The notes: generated by a model from the letters alone, not told the origin. A stretch of DNA of 64,000 bases from Chiloscyllium plagiosum (GCF_004010195.1 NC_057719.1:42245820-42309819); one strand, 5' to 3'; positions 13,321 through 26,776 are shown, counted from the stretch's first letter. Numbers and translations: made by a program.

Positions 13321-13544
13321 TGTACTTATGAACAGCTGCTTTCTATTGTCCTGAATTGTGCTCCAACTTTCAAACAAATCGACTTGGAATCTGTTGCTGA
13401 CCTGGGAACTGCCTGTATGTTGATAACCTGCCAAATTCCTTCTGCAGTCGCTAGTTTTTAAAGTTTACTATTACTGCCAAATAATATTATAAAAATAAAT
13501 TCTAAAAGTGGATTGTTTTCCCTTTTTTAATAAGGTTAGCCATT

Positions 13545-14130
13545 ATTATCGTACATCCTGTACATTGGGGAAATGAAGCATAGAGTAGGAGACTATTTTG
13601 CTTTGTGGAGCACCTATGTTCTGCCTGAGCTTCCAGTTGTCTGCTACTTCAATACCCCACCCTATTTCCCTGGCCAACAACTCTTCCGCAGCACAAGCTG
13701 GAAGAATAGCACCTCATTTTCTGCTTTGGAACTCTACAGCCTTCTGGACTAAATATCGAGTTAAACAATTTGAGGCTTGAGGCAACTTCTCCCAACCCCA
13801 CACACCAGACTTTGTTATCCCAGTAGTTGCTATTCATTCTCATAAGTTAATAAATATCCACTCCTTTGTCTGTCTAACTGTCCAACTCTCCTTGGGCACT
13901 ATCTACCATCTACTCCTTTATCATCTTCACCTCTTTCCCACCCCCCAGCCAATCTTCTGCATTTATAAAAAGAAATCAGCTTTTTCTAGCTACCATCAGT
14001 TCTGAGGAAGTATCACTGGACCCAAAACGTTAACTCTGATTGCTCTCCACAGATGCTGCCAGACCTGCTGAGTGTTACCAGCAATTTCTGTTTTTGTTTC
14101 TGATTCCCAGCATTCGCAGCCCTTTTAGTT
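13545..14130 (+). mobile_element. Penelope-like 3' fragment
   Basis: 'ILYIGEMKHRVGDYF', 'KLEE*HLIFCFGTLQPSGLNIE'; terminal ctgaggaag...cccaaaacgttaactc motif. Confidence 0.7.
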
Positions 14131-16149
14131 GGAAAGGAAATCAGATTCATAGGACAGCACTACCTGCAAACTCCCCCTCAAGCTGCTCACTTATCCTGAC
14201 ATGGAATTACATTGCTGTTCCTTCAGTGTTGCTGTGTCCATCTCCTGGAACGCTCTCCCTAATGACATTATGGGTCTATGTACAGCAAATGGATTGCAGT
14301 GGTTCAAGAGTCAGCTCACCACCACATTCTCCAGAGTAACTCGGGCTGGTTAATGCCAACAGCCAATGTGAATAAAAACGATATGTGTCAGACACCTATT
14401 GTATGCTATACAGAAAAGAGTTTGCCTGTTTTGCATCCTCAACCTCATGGTTTGACACTGTCAGCGCAAATGAAGTTAGATGAAAGCTATGCTACCATAA
14501 TCCGATCACCTCTGTCTCTTCCGTAATCAGACACTTACCTGATTCTATTTTAAATGAACTGATTAAGTAAACTTCAGCTCTGGGAATTGCATTGCAATAT
14601 CTGTTACATTGTCAAGATAGGGTTGAATCCTTCACTGTTGAAAGTTCAGGAAGCTGTTACCTAACACCAGCATAATGGGTTATTTCTTATATAGTATTAC
14701 AGCAATGACAGCAAAATATTTAATGTGTACGCATGCTTTTCTGCTGAGAAAGAGAAAGCAGTTCTATCTTCTATCAAAAGTATGACATGAATGTTACCCT
14801 ACTGTTTCTTTTCAACAAAAAAATCAAGGTGCAGCCTGTCACACCCATGCTCATTTTTAAATTAGTCAGCAATGTTGAGTCAAGTTTAAATAGTGTTCAG
14901 TGATTTGCATTTGTTTAGAATATTGACATTGCTTTTTCAATGGATGAATACGAACTGTCAGATATATTGGTCAGCATCAACTCCTCCCAAAATAACAATG
15001 CTCTGTCCCGTGCGCACATCTATTTAGAACTCAAATTTCTGTTCTGTACATCAGTATTTTAAAATTAGCAAGTCATGGGGAAATAACTTCAGATGATCTT
15101 TGTTAGTCATGAGCACGGAGGCAGTTTTGACTAAATTAAGTTTACGAGGGTTTGCTGTCAAATAGATGTGAGACAACAAAACAATGACACTTTATAGTGA
15201 CATGCTAGCTGTGGACCAGAGGCGACTTTTCATCAAGAGTCCTTCAGCCCTTAAGGAATGTAAACTGTAATTGTGGCAGAACTTAAAACCAGCCTCCGGC
15301 TGGAATGATTAACAGTTTAGAAATTCCAAGCGCCGGCGTCACTGATCCTTTACGTCCTGTTGTGTGGTTATATCTTCAGGTTTTTTTTTCCCACAGATGT
15401 GTATTTTTAATCCTGTATATTTGCAATATTGCATTCTAACTCTTCAACATGCACTTTATGTGTGAAAGATGATTCAATTCCCCAGAGTGGCCTCAAACCG
15501 TTTGGTGGTAAGCGGATGGGGTGAAGGATTTAAAACAGGTTGACATGTCACTGAGATAGTGAGGGTGTGCTGCACAGTCTGGAATGCCTCTCAGATGACA
15601 TGTCAATCTCGTCTCCACGTGTACTGAATTGCTTAACTTGAAGTTTGGGGAAAAAATCGATACGTTCTTCTGATATACTGACCGACATGTTTATCTCCGC
15701 TATCAGAGCAAAACAAAACACTAAATAAAATCTCATTTGCTACGTGTGATTTGGTTGCTGTATTTGGCCAAGAACTAAAAGATCTGTACTTCAGAAGTAA
15801 TTTAAAGGGCGTGGTGTGTTTTGGATAAGTGCTAAGCATTCTTTCTCGTGCAGTAAGTACATCAGCCCAGGCTTGGAAGACTTCCAGCCGAAAAAACTAT
15901 TATTTAACTATTCAAAGCAACTGGAAAGGCTATCCAAAATAGTTCCGATAGAAACGAGCATCAAAACAGCCTCACGAAACATTTTTTCCCCCTCTAGCTG
16001 TTAATACTGCAGTTAGATCACAACGGAGTTCACCTACTTACCACTAAATCATCTCAGTACAGCTGGCAGACTGGTTTTCTTAGAACAACTGAAAACATTC
16101 AAGTTTCATGTTTCTTCGGTGGGCCGTTTATCCAGCACTAATACGCTAC

Positions 16150-16230
16150 CCAACTAGCAAACACTGCACAAGTGTAGGCTTTTCCAATCAGTATTGCTCA
16201 TCTGGGCGTACCCATTGGCTCCACCTCCTA
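16150..16230 (-). promoter_or_regulatory. Candidate promoter (two CCAAT boxes, GC-box-like element)
   Basis: CCAAT 16184-16188, ATTGG 16214-16218, TGGGCGT 16203-16209; within a TE-poor stretch that retains more CpG than its surroundings; minus-strand donor G|gtaagt at 16042/16041. Confidence 0.35.
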
Positions 16231-17015
16231 CACTGTATGCTTCATGGGTGGATTTTTTTCAAAGTTGGATGTGTCTACTGAAACAAGTCAAAACCACAGC
16301 GATGTATCATGCAACAAAACCTGAACATATTACAAAGATTTCTTGTTTCTGATATATTTGCTAGCCAAAGCGATAAATCTCAACGTTCAAACAGTCATAT
16401 GACAATTTTTATGCTGACATTCCGAAGTCTTTGGCAACTTGGCAATGTACCACTGTTAATGAGTAAGGTCTTCACAGGAAAAGCAGGAAATCTGACCCTT
16501 GAAGATAAATGCTTAGGAATGAGCGAAAAAAAGACGTTTTGAATTTAGAATGAATTATAATATCAAATGAAAGAAGATGGAGCCAACAACTTATTGCTGG
16601 AAAAGCTCAGCAGGTCTGGCAGCGACTGTGCAGAGAAATAGTTAACATTTCGCGTCGAGTGACCCATACTCGGCAATTTTTGCTTCTGATTTACAGCATC
16701 CTTTCGGGTTTTTTTTTAATCAATGTATTGTCTTTTAGGAATTATTCAGGGGCTTTCTGGGGGAAAAAAATCTAAAAGTCAAGATTCTTAAATCCAAGTA
16801 TTTTCCCGATGTAACAAAGTGAACGTATTATAATCTGGGGTGAATCCTAATTCTTTAAACCCAATTTGGAATTAAATTAATATTTGTGCCACAACGCAAG
16901 AAATGCATCTTAACTGGAAAAAAAAACTCGCAGCAGATTTTATACTTGGAAAATGGACGCTAATGTAAAGCCAAAGGGCTACTAATTTAAGGGATTAATA
17001 TTTTCCCTTCAGGAT

Positions 17016-17388
17016 ATTAGATTAGATTCCCTACAGTGTGGAAACAGGCCCTTCAGCCCAGCAAGTCCACACCGACCCTCCAAAGAGTAACCCACCCAGA
17101 CACATTCCCCTACCCTATATTTAGATTAGATTCCCTACAGTGTGGAAACAGGTCCTTCAGCCCAACAAGTCCACACTGACCCTCCGAAGAGTAACCCACC
17201 CAGACCCATTTCCCTCTGACTAATGCACCTAACGCTATGGGCAATTTAGCATGGCCAATTTTGACTGTGGGAGGAAACCAGAGCACCCGGAGGAAACCCA
17301 CGCAGACACGGGGCGAAGGTGCAAACTCCCCACAGACAGTTGCCCAAGGCTGGAATCGAACCTGGGGCCCTGACACTGTAAGGCACTC
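17016..17388 (-). mobile_element. HE1-like SINE with a tandemly duplicated 3' end
   Basis: attagattagattccctacagtgtggaaacagg...cccacccagac occurs twice (17016-17110, 17120-17215). Confidence 0.85.
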
Positions 17389-17679
17389 TGACAGGGCAGG
17401 ATATGCAGGAGGAAATCTGTATATAAGAAATATTTGAAACAATTACTGTCACCAGAAAGTTGTCACTATTGTAATTCCAGCTGATGTTGTTACTGGACAA
17501 GTCAAATCCCAGTCTCAAACCTGGCTTGATTAAATTTGTTTTTGTTGTAAAAAGGTGGTCTTTCACTTAAACACAAACATGTAAAGGTGCAGATTTAGGT
17601 TTAAAGTTAATGTCAAGTAAAGGATAAAATAGGACAAACTAAACTATCTTATGATACCAAAAAAATAAAGATTTTGAAC

Positions 17680-18188
17680 GTCTGGCACCCAGTTGTAGGA
17701 AACATATTATTAAGCTGGAGAGAGTTCAGAAGAGATTTACCAGGGTGTTGCTGGGTGTGAAAGGCTTGAGTTATAAAAATGGGCTGGGTAGGCTGGGACT
17801 TTTTTCACTGGAGTGTAGGAGATTGAGAGGTGACCTTATAGAAGTTTATAAAATAATGAGGGGTAGAGGTAGTAAATGATAGGTGTCTTTTCTCCAGGAT
17901 GGGAGATTTTAAGTCTAGGAGCACCTTTTTAAGATGGGAGAAGAGAGATATAAAAAAGACATGAGCAAAGTTTTAACATTGAGAGTGATTGATGTGTGGA
18001 ATGAATTTCCTGAGGAAGTGTTGGGTGTGGGTACAATTACAACATTTAAAAGACACTTGGATAAGTAATAGGAAAGGTTTGGAGGGAAAGTGCAAGGAGC
18101 AGGCAGATAGGACTAGTTTAATTTGGGATTATGTTCAGCATGGACTGGTTGGACTGAAGAGTCTGCTTCTATGCTTTATGACTCTATG
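17680..18188 (+). mobile_element. CR1 3' fragment
   Basis: 'KLERVQKRFTR', 'RLRGDLIEVYKIM'; atgactctatg tail. Confidence 0.85.
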
Positions 18189-19049
18189 CCACTGTAAAAT
18201 GCGATCTTTAATCCCTTAATTGCAAAAATGTTTATTTTCTGTATTCCCACCAGAGAGGATTCTCCTATTTCTCATCAAAAAGGCTTAATTTAATAATGGC
18301 CTCTAACTTGAGAATCTGACAGTCTCTTCCTATAGCTGTTATTACCACTGACTTTGGATTTCATCAGCTTAGAATGACCCCCTTCAGAGGTAACCAAACA
18401 CATCTGGTTTGGAACTTTTCAAACTAAATTGTTTATACTGATATTTCTTAAAAATTCTAAACTACCTTCTCTCATCAAGATTGACGGTTTTACTCTTCTA
18501 GCTTTAGACCAGAATTCTGAAAATTGGTAGTAAAAAACCCAAAAGCTCTCTTTTTATTTCCCCAAGTTATATGTACTCTGAAATGCTTCACAATCTTCTA
18601 TCTGAGAGCATTACACTGATTACAATGGGAGACTTGATAAGCGAATGAAGTAAACAAAACCCATTACATACTAGACAATCTCTCTAAACAGTGTTTTAAA
18701 AAAAATCCTATCTACAGAAATATTTACAAATTAGTCACTAAACCCCCTTCAGACACATACACAACCCATATGCCACAGTTGAAATTAGAAAAATCCAAAA
18801 AATGATACTTAAAATTATGTAGACGTCTCACCATAAATCTGCAAATTAATTGTTATCTCACTTATCTGAAAAAGGAGTTCATTAGGAAACAGTAAATTTT
18901 GAAATATGAATGACACATCATTCTGCAGTCCTAAGAAGAGTTAGCAGTATTGAGGACTAGTCAATTAAGTTGACAAGCAGAAATTAGCAGACAAAACTAA
19001 CTGGTTGTTCTAGGAGAGAGGGACAGCACAAATTCCAACATAATGGATG

Positions 19050-19738
19050 GAGTTGAACTCATCAGACATAATAGTGATACAGAGAGAAGGAGAAGTGTGT
19101 ACCAAGAAAAGTAATGAAGACTAGCTGCTGTTGGTGTGGCAGAGAAATACATGGACATTGAAGTTGCCCTGTGAAAGTTGCCTAATACCATTGTTGTAAA
19201 AAGCTGGGGCATTTTCAAACAGGATGAGAAATGACCCGAACATTCAAAAATGTATTTTCAAAACTGAGTCCATGAAGTAGAAGATTCGCAGAGGGTTGAT
19301 GCCCCCTTATAAAACAAAATTTAAAACCAAACAGTGGAAATTATTCAAAGACAGAGATGATAAGAGAAGGTTTCAAGATAACCTTTAGATTAGACATTGG
19401 AACAGCAGTTTTGTTTCTTTCAGATGCTGAATCACAAAAACAAAAGAAGGTCTTCAACTATCCAATATAAAGCTACACAGACCAGGAGGAACAGAGCTGA
19501 AGATTTTTTCAAGAACCAATGGTAACTTTAAAATAGAAGATGATTACTGGAGTCCCATGTATAATTAAAGATGAGAGCTGTTCACTGTTGACTATAGTCA
19601 CATCTCCAGAGTGGAATCTAATTCATAATATAGAACATATAAAGAGTGCTTAACTTCAATCATGAAACATCAGAGCATAATTACTGAAGTTATTTATAGG
19701 ATTGGGAAAGTTGAAACTGCATAGTATTTATATGACAT
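19050..19738 (+). mobile_element. Gypsy/Ty3 gag-pro fossil (left part)
   Basis: Zinc knuckles 'CCWCGREIHGH*SCPV..YHCCKKLGHF', protease 'ITFRLDIGTAV', 'KLFIGLGKLK'. Confidence 0.7.
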
Positions 19739-22700
19739 TGTTATGAAGATGTGGATGTACTGTATCTTTAAAAGGATTAAAAGTTAGCAGAACTACCCAC
19801 AGCACTAAGTGTTCTGAACAAGGTATAATGTAACCTTTTGGTCCAGTAGCTAGTGTAGCTGGTTGCCTGGAAATAACAAAACAGATTCGAACAGACCAAA
19901 CAGTTTAAATTATATCCTGAACAATACCAAACTCCAATCAAGTCTGAATTAAATATATTGACAATCTTAAAAAGCCAATGACACAATCCGATGTTTTGGG
20001 TGCATAAGAGCATGGAAAATTGAACAGTTGGGAGTAGAACTGCCAAGCCACCAGCATCTGCAGACTGCCTGGAGAATAGCTCTCTTAAAGGTATCTTTAT
20101 CAATCAGTAACCTGTGAAAAAGAAATCCTGAAGAAGAAGGAAAGAAGACCGAAGAATGTAGAAAGAGAAAATTCAACATCTGGCTGGTTTTAGAACATAG
20201 AACATAGAAAAGTAAAGCACAGAACAGGCCCTTAGGCCCACGATGTTGTGCTGAGACTTAATCCTAATGTAAAATATAGTAACTTAACCTACACACCCCT
20301 CAACTCACTGCTATCCATGTGCATGTCGAGCAGTTGCTAAGATGTCCCCAATGACTTCGCTTCCACCACCTCAATTGGCAATACATTCCATGCATTCACA
20401 ACTCTCTGCATAAAGAACCTACCTCTGATGTTTCCTTTATACCTTCCTCTTAATATCTTCAAACTATGACTTCTCGTACCAGTCAATCCTGCCCTGGGGA
20501 AAAGTCTCTGGCTATTGACTCTATCTATTCCTCTCATTATTTTGTACACCTCGATCGGTCTCCTCTCTTCCTCCTTCACTCCAGAGAGAAAAGTCTGAGC
20601 TTATTCAACCTTTCTTCATACGGCAAGCCCTCCAATCCAAGCAGCATTCTGGTAAACTTTCTTTGCACCCTCTCCAAAGCCTCTGTATCTTTCCTATAGT
20701 AGGGTGACCAGAACTGCACATAATATTCCAAGTGTGGTTTCACCAGGGACTTGTAGAGCTGCAGCAAAACCTCGCGGCTCTTAAACCCGATCCCCTGTTA
20801 ATGAAAGCCAAAACACCATATGCTTTCTTAACAACCCAATCCACTTGGGTGGCAACTTGGAGGGACTTGCACGCCCAGATCCCTCTGTTCCTCCACACTG
20901 CCAAGAATCCTGTCTATGTTCCTATATTCAGCATTCGAGTTTGACCTTCCAAAACGCATCACTTCGCATTTATTCAGGTTGAACTCCATCTGTCATTTCT
21001 CAGCCCAGCTCTGCATCCTGTCTATGTCGCACTGCAGCCCTGCAATAGCCCTCGATACTATTGACGACACCGCCAACCTTTGTTTTATCGGCAAATTTAC
21101 TAACCCACCCCTCAACCTCCTCATCCAAGTAATTTATAAACACTTCAAAGAGCATAGGCCCAAGAACAGAGCCCTGCGGGACCCCACTCAACATTGTCCT
21201 CCAGGCAAAATGTTTTCCATCTACAACCACTCTCTTGCCTTCTGTCAGCCAGCCAATTCTGAATCCAGATAGCCAAATCTCCCTGTATCCTATACTTCCT
21301 GACTTTATGAATGAGCCTACCAGGGGGATCCCTATCAAATGCCTTGCTGAAATCCATATACACCACATCCACTGCTCAACCATCGTCAACCTGTCTTGAC
21401 ACATCCTCAAAGAACTCAATAAGATTTGTGAGGCATGACCTGCCTCTCACAAAGCCATGCTGACTGCCTTTAATCACACTGTGCTTTGCCAAATATTCAT
21501 AAATCCTATCCCTCAGAATTCTTTCCAAAACTTTGCTGACCACAGACTTAAGACTGCCTGGTCTGTAGTTGCCAGGGATTTCCCCATTACCCCTCTTGAA
21601 AAGTGGAACAACATTTGCCTCCTTCCAATCCTCCGGTACAACTCCCGTGGAGAGTGAGGAGGCAAATATCCTCGCCAACGGCTTAGCAACCTCCTTTCTC
21701 GCTTCCTGGAGCAGCCTAGGATAAATCTGGTCTGGCCCTGGGGACTTATTGATCTTAATGTTTTCCAAAATTTCTAGCACATCAACTTCAACAATCTTGA
21801 TCTGGTCAAAACTGTATCCCAGCTCCTCTAAGTTTTAATTTACAACAAGTTCGCTTTCCTTGTTGAAAACCGAATCAAAAAACTCATTTAGGGCTTCCCC
21901 TATCTGCTCAGACTCCACGCACAAGTTCCAAATGCTGTCCCTGATCGGCCCTACCTTCTCCCTGATCGTTATCTTATTCCTCACGTATGAGTAAAATGCC
22001 TTTGGGTTCTCCCTAATCCTTCTTGCCAAGCCTTTTTCATGCCCACTTCTGGCTCTCCTCAGTCCATTTCTGAGCTCATTTCTAGCAAGCCTGTAATCCT
22101 CTCAAGCTGTGCTAGATCCTTGCTTCCTCCACCTTATGCAAGCTGCCTTTTTCCTTTTGATGAGAAGTCCCTCTGTTCTCGTCATCCAAGGTTCCTTAAT
22201 CTTACCCCTTCTTACCTGTCTCGCAACAACTGCTCCTTAAATAGTCTCCACATGTCTGCTGTGCGCTTTCTGTGGAACAATTGCTCCAGTCTGTATGACC
22301 CAACTCCTGTTTGATAGCGTCATAATTTCCTTTTCACCAATTAAATATTCTCCCTCGGTAACTGCTCCTTTCACTCTCCAACGCTATGCTAAATGTAAGG
22401 AAGTTGTGATCACTTTCACCAAAGTGCTCTCCCACCGTGAGATCTGACACCTGTCCTGGCTCGTTGCAAAGCACCAAATCCAAAATGGCCTCTCCCCTCG
22501 TCGGTCTGTCTACATACTGAGTAAGGAAACCCTCCTGAACACACCTGACAAAAATGGCTCCATCCAAACCATCTGCACTGAAGAGGTTCCAGTCGATATT
22601 GGGAAAGTTGAAATCACCCATAACAACCACTCTGCTACTTTTGCATTTTTCCAGAATCTGCCCACCTATGAGATCTTCAATCTCTCTACTGCTGTTAGGT

Positions 22701-23399
22701 GGTCTGTAGAAAACCCCCAATGTGGTGGCTGTTCCCTTGGTGTTCCTAACTTGCACCCATTCTGACTCAGTAGACAAATCTTCCTCAACAACCTTCATTT
22801 CTGTAGCTGTGATGCACTCTCTGATTAGCAATGCTCCATTCCCTCTTCTTTTCCCACCCTCCCTGTTCTTTTTAAACGTTCTAAACCCTGGAACATCAAG
22901 CAACCATTCCTGCCCCTGTGAAACCCAAGTCTCTGTTATGGCCACAACATCATAGCCCCAAGTACTGATCCATGCTCTAAGTTTGTCACTCTTATTCTGG
23001 ACATTCCTTGCATTAAAGCGGACACACTTTAACCGATCCCTATGTTTCATCGCATGAGAAACCTTCCTGATAGATTCAATACATCCTGTCACTGTCCTAT
23101 CTGCAACTGACCCCCTCTCAGACATGTGGCTCTGATTCCCACCCCTGGCCAAAATTTGAATTTTTGGTAAATCTTAATCGGGGGTTTTATCAGACTAGTA
23201 TTACAGAAGGGAACGTAAAAGATCGGTTAGAGGAAGGAGTTGTAAATTGTTGTTAGTTAATTATTCTGTGTTATACTTTAAGAAATGAAGTTGTTAATTT
23301 TTACTTTAAATAGTTCTTGGCCTGTTGAATTTTCACGAATTACTGTGCGGGATAAGTCCTTTCTGTGTTAAGTAGGAGGGCTTACCCTGTGACGTAACA
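19739..23399 (+). mobile_element. Solo LTR (19739-20191 plus 23153-23399), split by a CR1
   Basis: TGTTA...TAACA termini; 4-bp TSD ACAT at 19735-19738 and 23400-23403; CCAAT and TATA-like motifs inside. Confidence 0.8.
20192..23152 (-). mobile_element. CR1 LINE, ORF2 (APE endonuclease + RT) with deletions and frameshifts
   Basis: 'FNARN...AITETW', 'MGDFNFPNIDW', 'KSPGPD.IYPR', 'GVPQGSVLGP', 'SKFADKTK'; (CTATGTT)n tail. Confidence 0.95.
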
Positions 23400-23403
23400 A
23401 CAT

Positions 23404-23640
23404 CAAAACCAGAAGGAAAGCAGTATGTCGATATGAATCCAGAAATGTTCCAAAGTTTAGGAAAGAGATGAACCCAATGGCAACATTTCACCTGCAAATC
23501 AGTCAACAAGTTGGTGCTCAGGCTTGGTACTGATTTCAAAGCCAAATGTCTCAAAAGCATGTGTTGATCTCACACAACTCTTAAAAATCTGTGAAAAGTA
23601 CATTCCACTCAAAGGTATCAATAAATGAGCATTTTGTTAA
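23404..23640 (+). mobile_element. Gypsy/Ty3 RT N-terminus fossil (right part of the same element)
   Basis: 'KPEGK', 'TSWCSGLVLISKPNVSKACVDLTQL' corresponds to the Gypsy WCSGMV.VPKP.G..RICVDLTQLN motif. Confidence 0.72.
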
Positions 23641-23749
23641 ATGGCAAAAGAACTGGAAATCTGAACTTAGCATTTAGATCTATGCTTCATGGTTATAATG
23701 TCACATAAGTTTCCTGCATCAAACATATCTGAAGTAAAACATAGAACAA

Positions 23750-23960
23750 GATGTCTGAAACAAAAGCAGACGTTGCTGCCAAAACTCAACAGCTGTGGCA
23801 GTATCTGTAAAAAGAAAGCAGGATTAAAATTTTTTGAGTTCAATGATTCTTCATCAGACCACTCTTCAGAAGAAGAGTCACTGGACCCAAAACACTAACT
23901 CTACTTTCTCTCTACAGATGCTGCCTGATCTGTTAGTTTCTACTGCAATTTCCACTTTTG
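23750..23960. mobile_element. Older, degenerate palindromic Penelope-terminus element
   Basis: Left half is a degenerate reverse complement of the right half (cagaagaagagtcactggacccaaaac...acagatgctgcctgatctg). Confidence 0.6.
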
Positions 23961-23964
23961 TTTC

Positions 23965-24700
23965 GATGTGGAGATGCCAGTGTTGGACTGGGGTGGACAA
24001 GGTCAGAAGTCACAGGGCACCAGGTTATAGTCCAACAGGTTTATTTGAAATCACAAGCTTTTGAAGCGCTGCTCCTTTATCAGTTGGAGTGAAGAGAGCA
24101 CGAAGGCACAGAATTTATAGTGGCAGAGAGATCAAAAGATCATACAAATGGTACAGGTGGACTGTTGACATGCTGATCTGCAGGTGATCAAAAGTGTAGA
24201 CAGTGTGAGTCAAATGTCAACAGCTGAATAGTAAGTGCAGGAATGACGTATAATTTGATTAATTGAGTCAGAGAGATAATTACAAAAAATAAAAGTATGA
24301 TGGTACTGGAAACAAACCGAATGGCTGGAATAACATGATAGGTATAAGAGTCGCATGCTGAAGGTCTAACCAAAGTAACAAGAAATCCAAAACTGTCCAA
24401 ATTAATTAAGGTAGAGAGATCATAAGTTATGAACGTGATGGTGTCAAAACAGAACAGTAAGAAAGACTTTACATATACAGAGCAGTGTGGTGGGGTTATA
24501 TATATTGTGGCAAGAACCTAAGTTCGCAATTGAGGCTGTCTTCATGGACATGGAACTTGGCCATCAGTTTTTACTCAGCGATTCTGCATCGTGGATTTTG
24601 ATGGCCTCCTTGGAGGATGCTTACCCGAAGATCTGAGGCTGAATGTCCTTGATGGCTGAAGTGTTCCTCAACTGGGAGGGAACATTCCTGTCTGGCAATC
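23965..24700 (-). mobile_element. Penelope-like fragment (GIY-YIG end plus terminal repeat)
   Basis: Minus strand 'ARQECSLPVEEHFSHQGHSASDLRVSILQGG...RIAE*KLMAKFH.HEDSLN'; terminal repeat shared with 13195-13320. Confidence 0.75.
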
Positions 24701-24739
24701 GTTTCAGTTATAAAGTTACTGTAACTGTCTTCAGTGAAA

Positions 24740-25420
24740 CCATAAGACCGTAAGACGTAGAAGCAAAATGAGGCCAGTTGGCCCAGCGAGTCTGCACTGC
24801 CATTTGATCATGGCTGAACTGTTTTCAATCCTATTCTCCTGTCTTCTTCCCATGACCCTTGATCTCCTTAATAATCAAGAACCTTTCTATCTTTGTCTTA
24901 GATACACTCAAAGACTTGGTCTCCACAGTTTTCTGTGGCAATGAGTCCCACAGATTCACCACTCTCTGACTGAAGAAATTCCTCCTTGTCTCAGTTCCAA
25001 ACAGTTTTTCTTTCACTCTGAGGCAGTGCCCTTAGGTCCTAGTCTGTTCTCCCATTGGAAGCATCTTCTCCATGTCCTCTGTATATAGGCCTCTTAATTT
25101 CTGTAAATTTCAATGATATTACTCCTTCACCCTTCCAAACTCCATCGTGTACAAACCTAGAGCATTTAGTCACTCCTCGTATGACAAGCCCTTCACCCGT
25201 GGATCATTCTTGTAAACCTCATTTGGACCACTTCCAACTCCCATACAACTTTCCTCAGATACAGGGCCCAAATCTTCTCAGAATATTCCAACAGCAGTTT
25301 GACGATCCTTATAACATCTCACCACATGTACCAGCTCTTGTTTTCTAGCCCTCTTGAAATGAATGCCTTCCTAACTGCCAACTGAAACTGAAAGTTAACT
25401 TTAAGAGAATCCTGAACCGA
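24740..25420 (-). mobile_element. CR1 3' fragment
   Basis: 'RRNFFSQRVVNLWDSLP'; cataagac repeat tail. Confidence 0.8.
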
Positions 25421-25857
25421 TGAAATTCACCATGGCTCCTAAGAGAGCACCTTCCAAACCCATAACCACAATCATTTAGAAAGTTGACAACTGCAGATTT
25501 ATGGAACACCACTACCTATATGTCCACCTCCAAGTTGCTCACCATCCAAACTTGGAAATATATTGTGCTTCTTCAGTGTCGATGGGTCAAAATCTTGGAA
25601 CTCACTTCCCAGTGGCATTGTGAGTCTACCTATACCAAATGGATTGCAGCAGTTTAAGTAAAGTCAGCTCACCACCACCTTCTCAAGGGCTACTCAAGTG
25701 GACAATAAGTGCAGAACTAGCCAAAAATGTCCACATCCCCTGGAAAAATAGAAAATGTAATATTAATCTTTGTTTACTTTGAGATTCAGCTAAGTTGCAC
25801 AGAGATTAAAATGTAGTTGAAAATGATTGCACTATATGTTTAATTTTTTTCTCCCTT

Positions 25858-26166
25858 CATGGCATGGTGGCTCAATGGTTAGCAATGCTGCCTCACAACA
25901 CCAGGGTTCCAGGTTCAGTTTCAGCCTCGGTCGACTATCTATCTGGAGTTTGCACATTCTCCCCCTGTCTGCATGGACTTGATCCAGTTTCCTCCCACAG
26001 TCCAATGATGTACAGGTCAGGTGAATTGGTCATGCTAAATTGCCCATACTGTTAGGACCGTTGGTCAGAGGGTAATAGGTCTGGGATGGGTTATTCTTCG
26101 GAGGGTTGGTGTGGACTTGTTGGGCTGAAGGGCCTGTTTCCACACTGCAGGGAATCTAATCTAATC
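25858..26166 (+). mobile_element. HE1-like SINE
   Basis: A/B boxes, central domain, aatctaatctaatc tail. Confidence 0.85.
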
Positions 26167-26641
26167 ACTATTGTCAACATCTTATCATGACTTCAATAAC
26201 ATGTAATTTAATCATTAAACTAACTAACAATACGCCTGATGGAAGGCATTTCTTTACAATGCTGACTGATCTGTGGTCTGCGAAACATTCATTTTTAAAA
26301 ATAATTTGTGCATGGTATGTGAGTATCATTGGCAAGCATTTATTTTCCCACCTTGATTTGTCTTTGAGAAGGGGATGATCAGCTGCTGCCATGAATTGTT
26401 ACAATCTGTGCAGTGAAGATACTCCTATGATGCTGTAAGGAAGAGTTGCCTGGATGCTGACAAAGCAACAATGCAGGATGACAATGTATGTCAAATCCTG
26501 GGCAATGTGTGACTTGGAGGGAGATTTAGGAGTTGATGTTCCCATGCACCTTCTCCCTTTAAGGTGCTTGAAGTCACAGATTCAGGAGAGGGAGTTGAAG
26601 AAGCGTTAACATTTGATTGTAGTGCATCTTGTAGGCTGATA

Positions 26642-26776
26642 GTATTCAACCAGCAAATACTATCACTTCTGGTTTCCCTTCATTCCCATTCACCACCTTA
26701 AGAAGGAACTGAATGCTTAAGGTGGTGAATGGGAATGAAGGGAAACCAGAAGTGATAGTATTTGCTGGTTGAATAC
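26642..26776. repeat. Perfect inverted repeat, 61-bp arms, 13-nt loop
   Basis: 26642-26702 is the exact reverse complement of 26716-26776. Confidence 0.95.

Noticed and set aside
15397..15507. Plus-strand exon-like segment with good splice sites
   Set aside because: Stops in all three frames; cannot be supported as coding, and nothing here shows it is a UTR exon.
22334..23152. 272-aa endonuclease ORF as a host gene
   Set aside because: It is the APE domain of CR1 ORF2, followed by broken RT frames.
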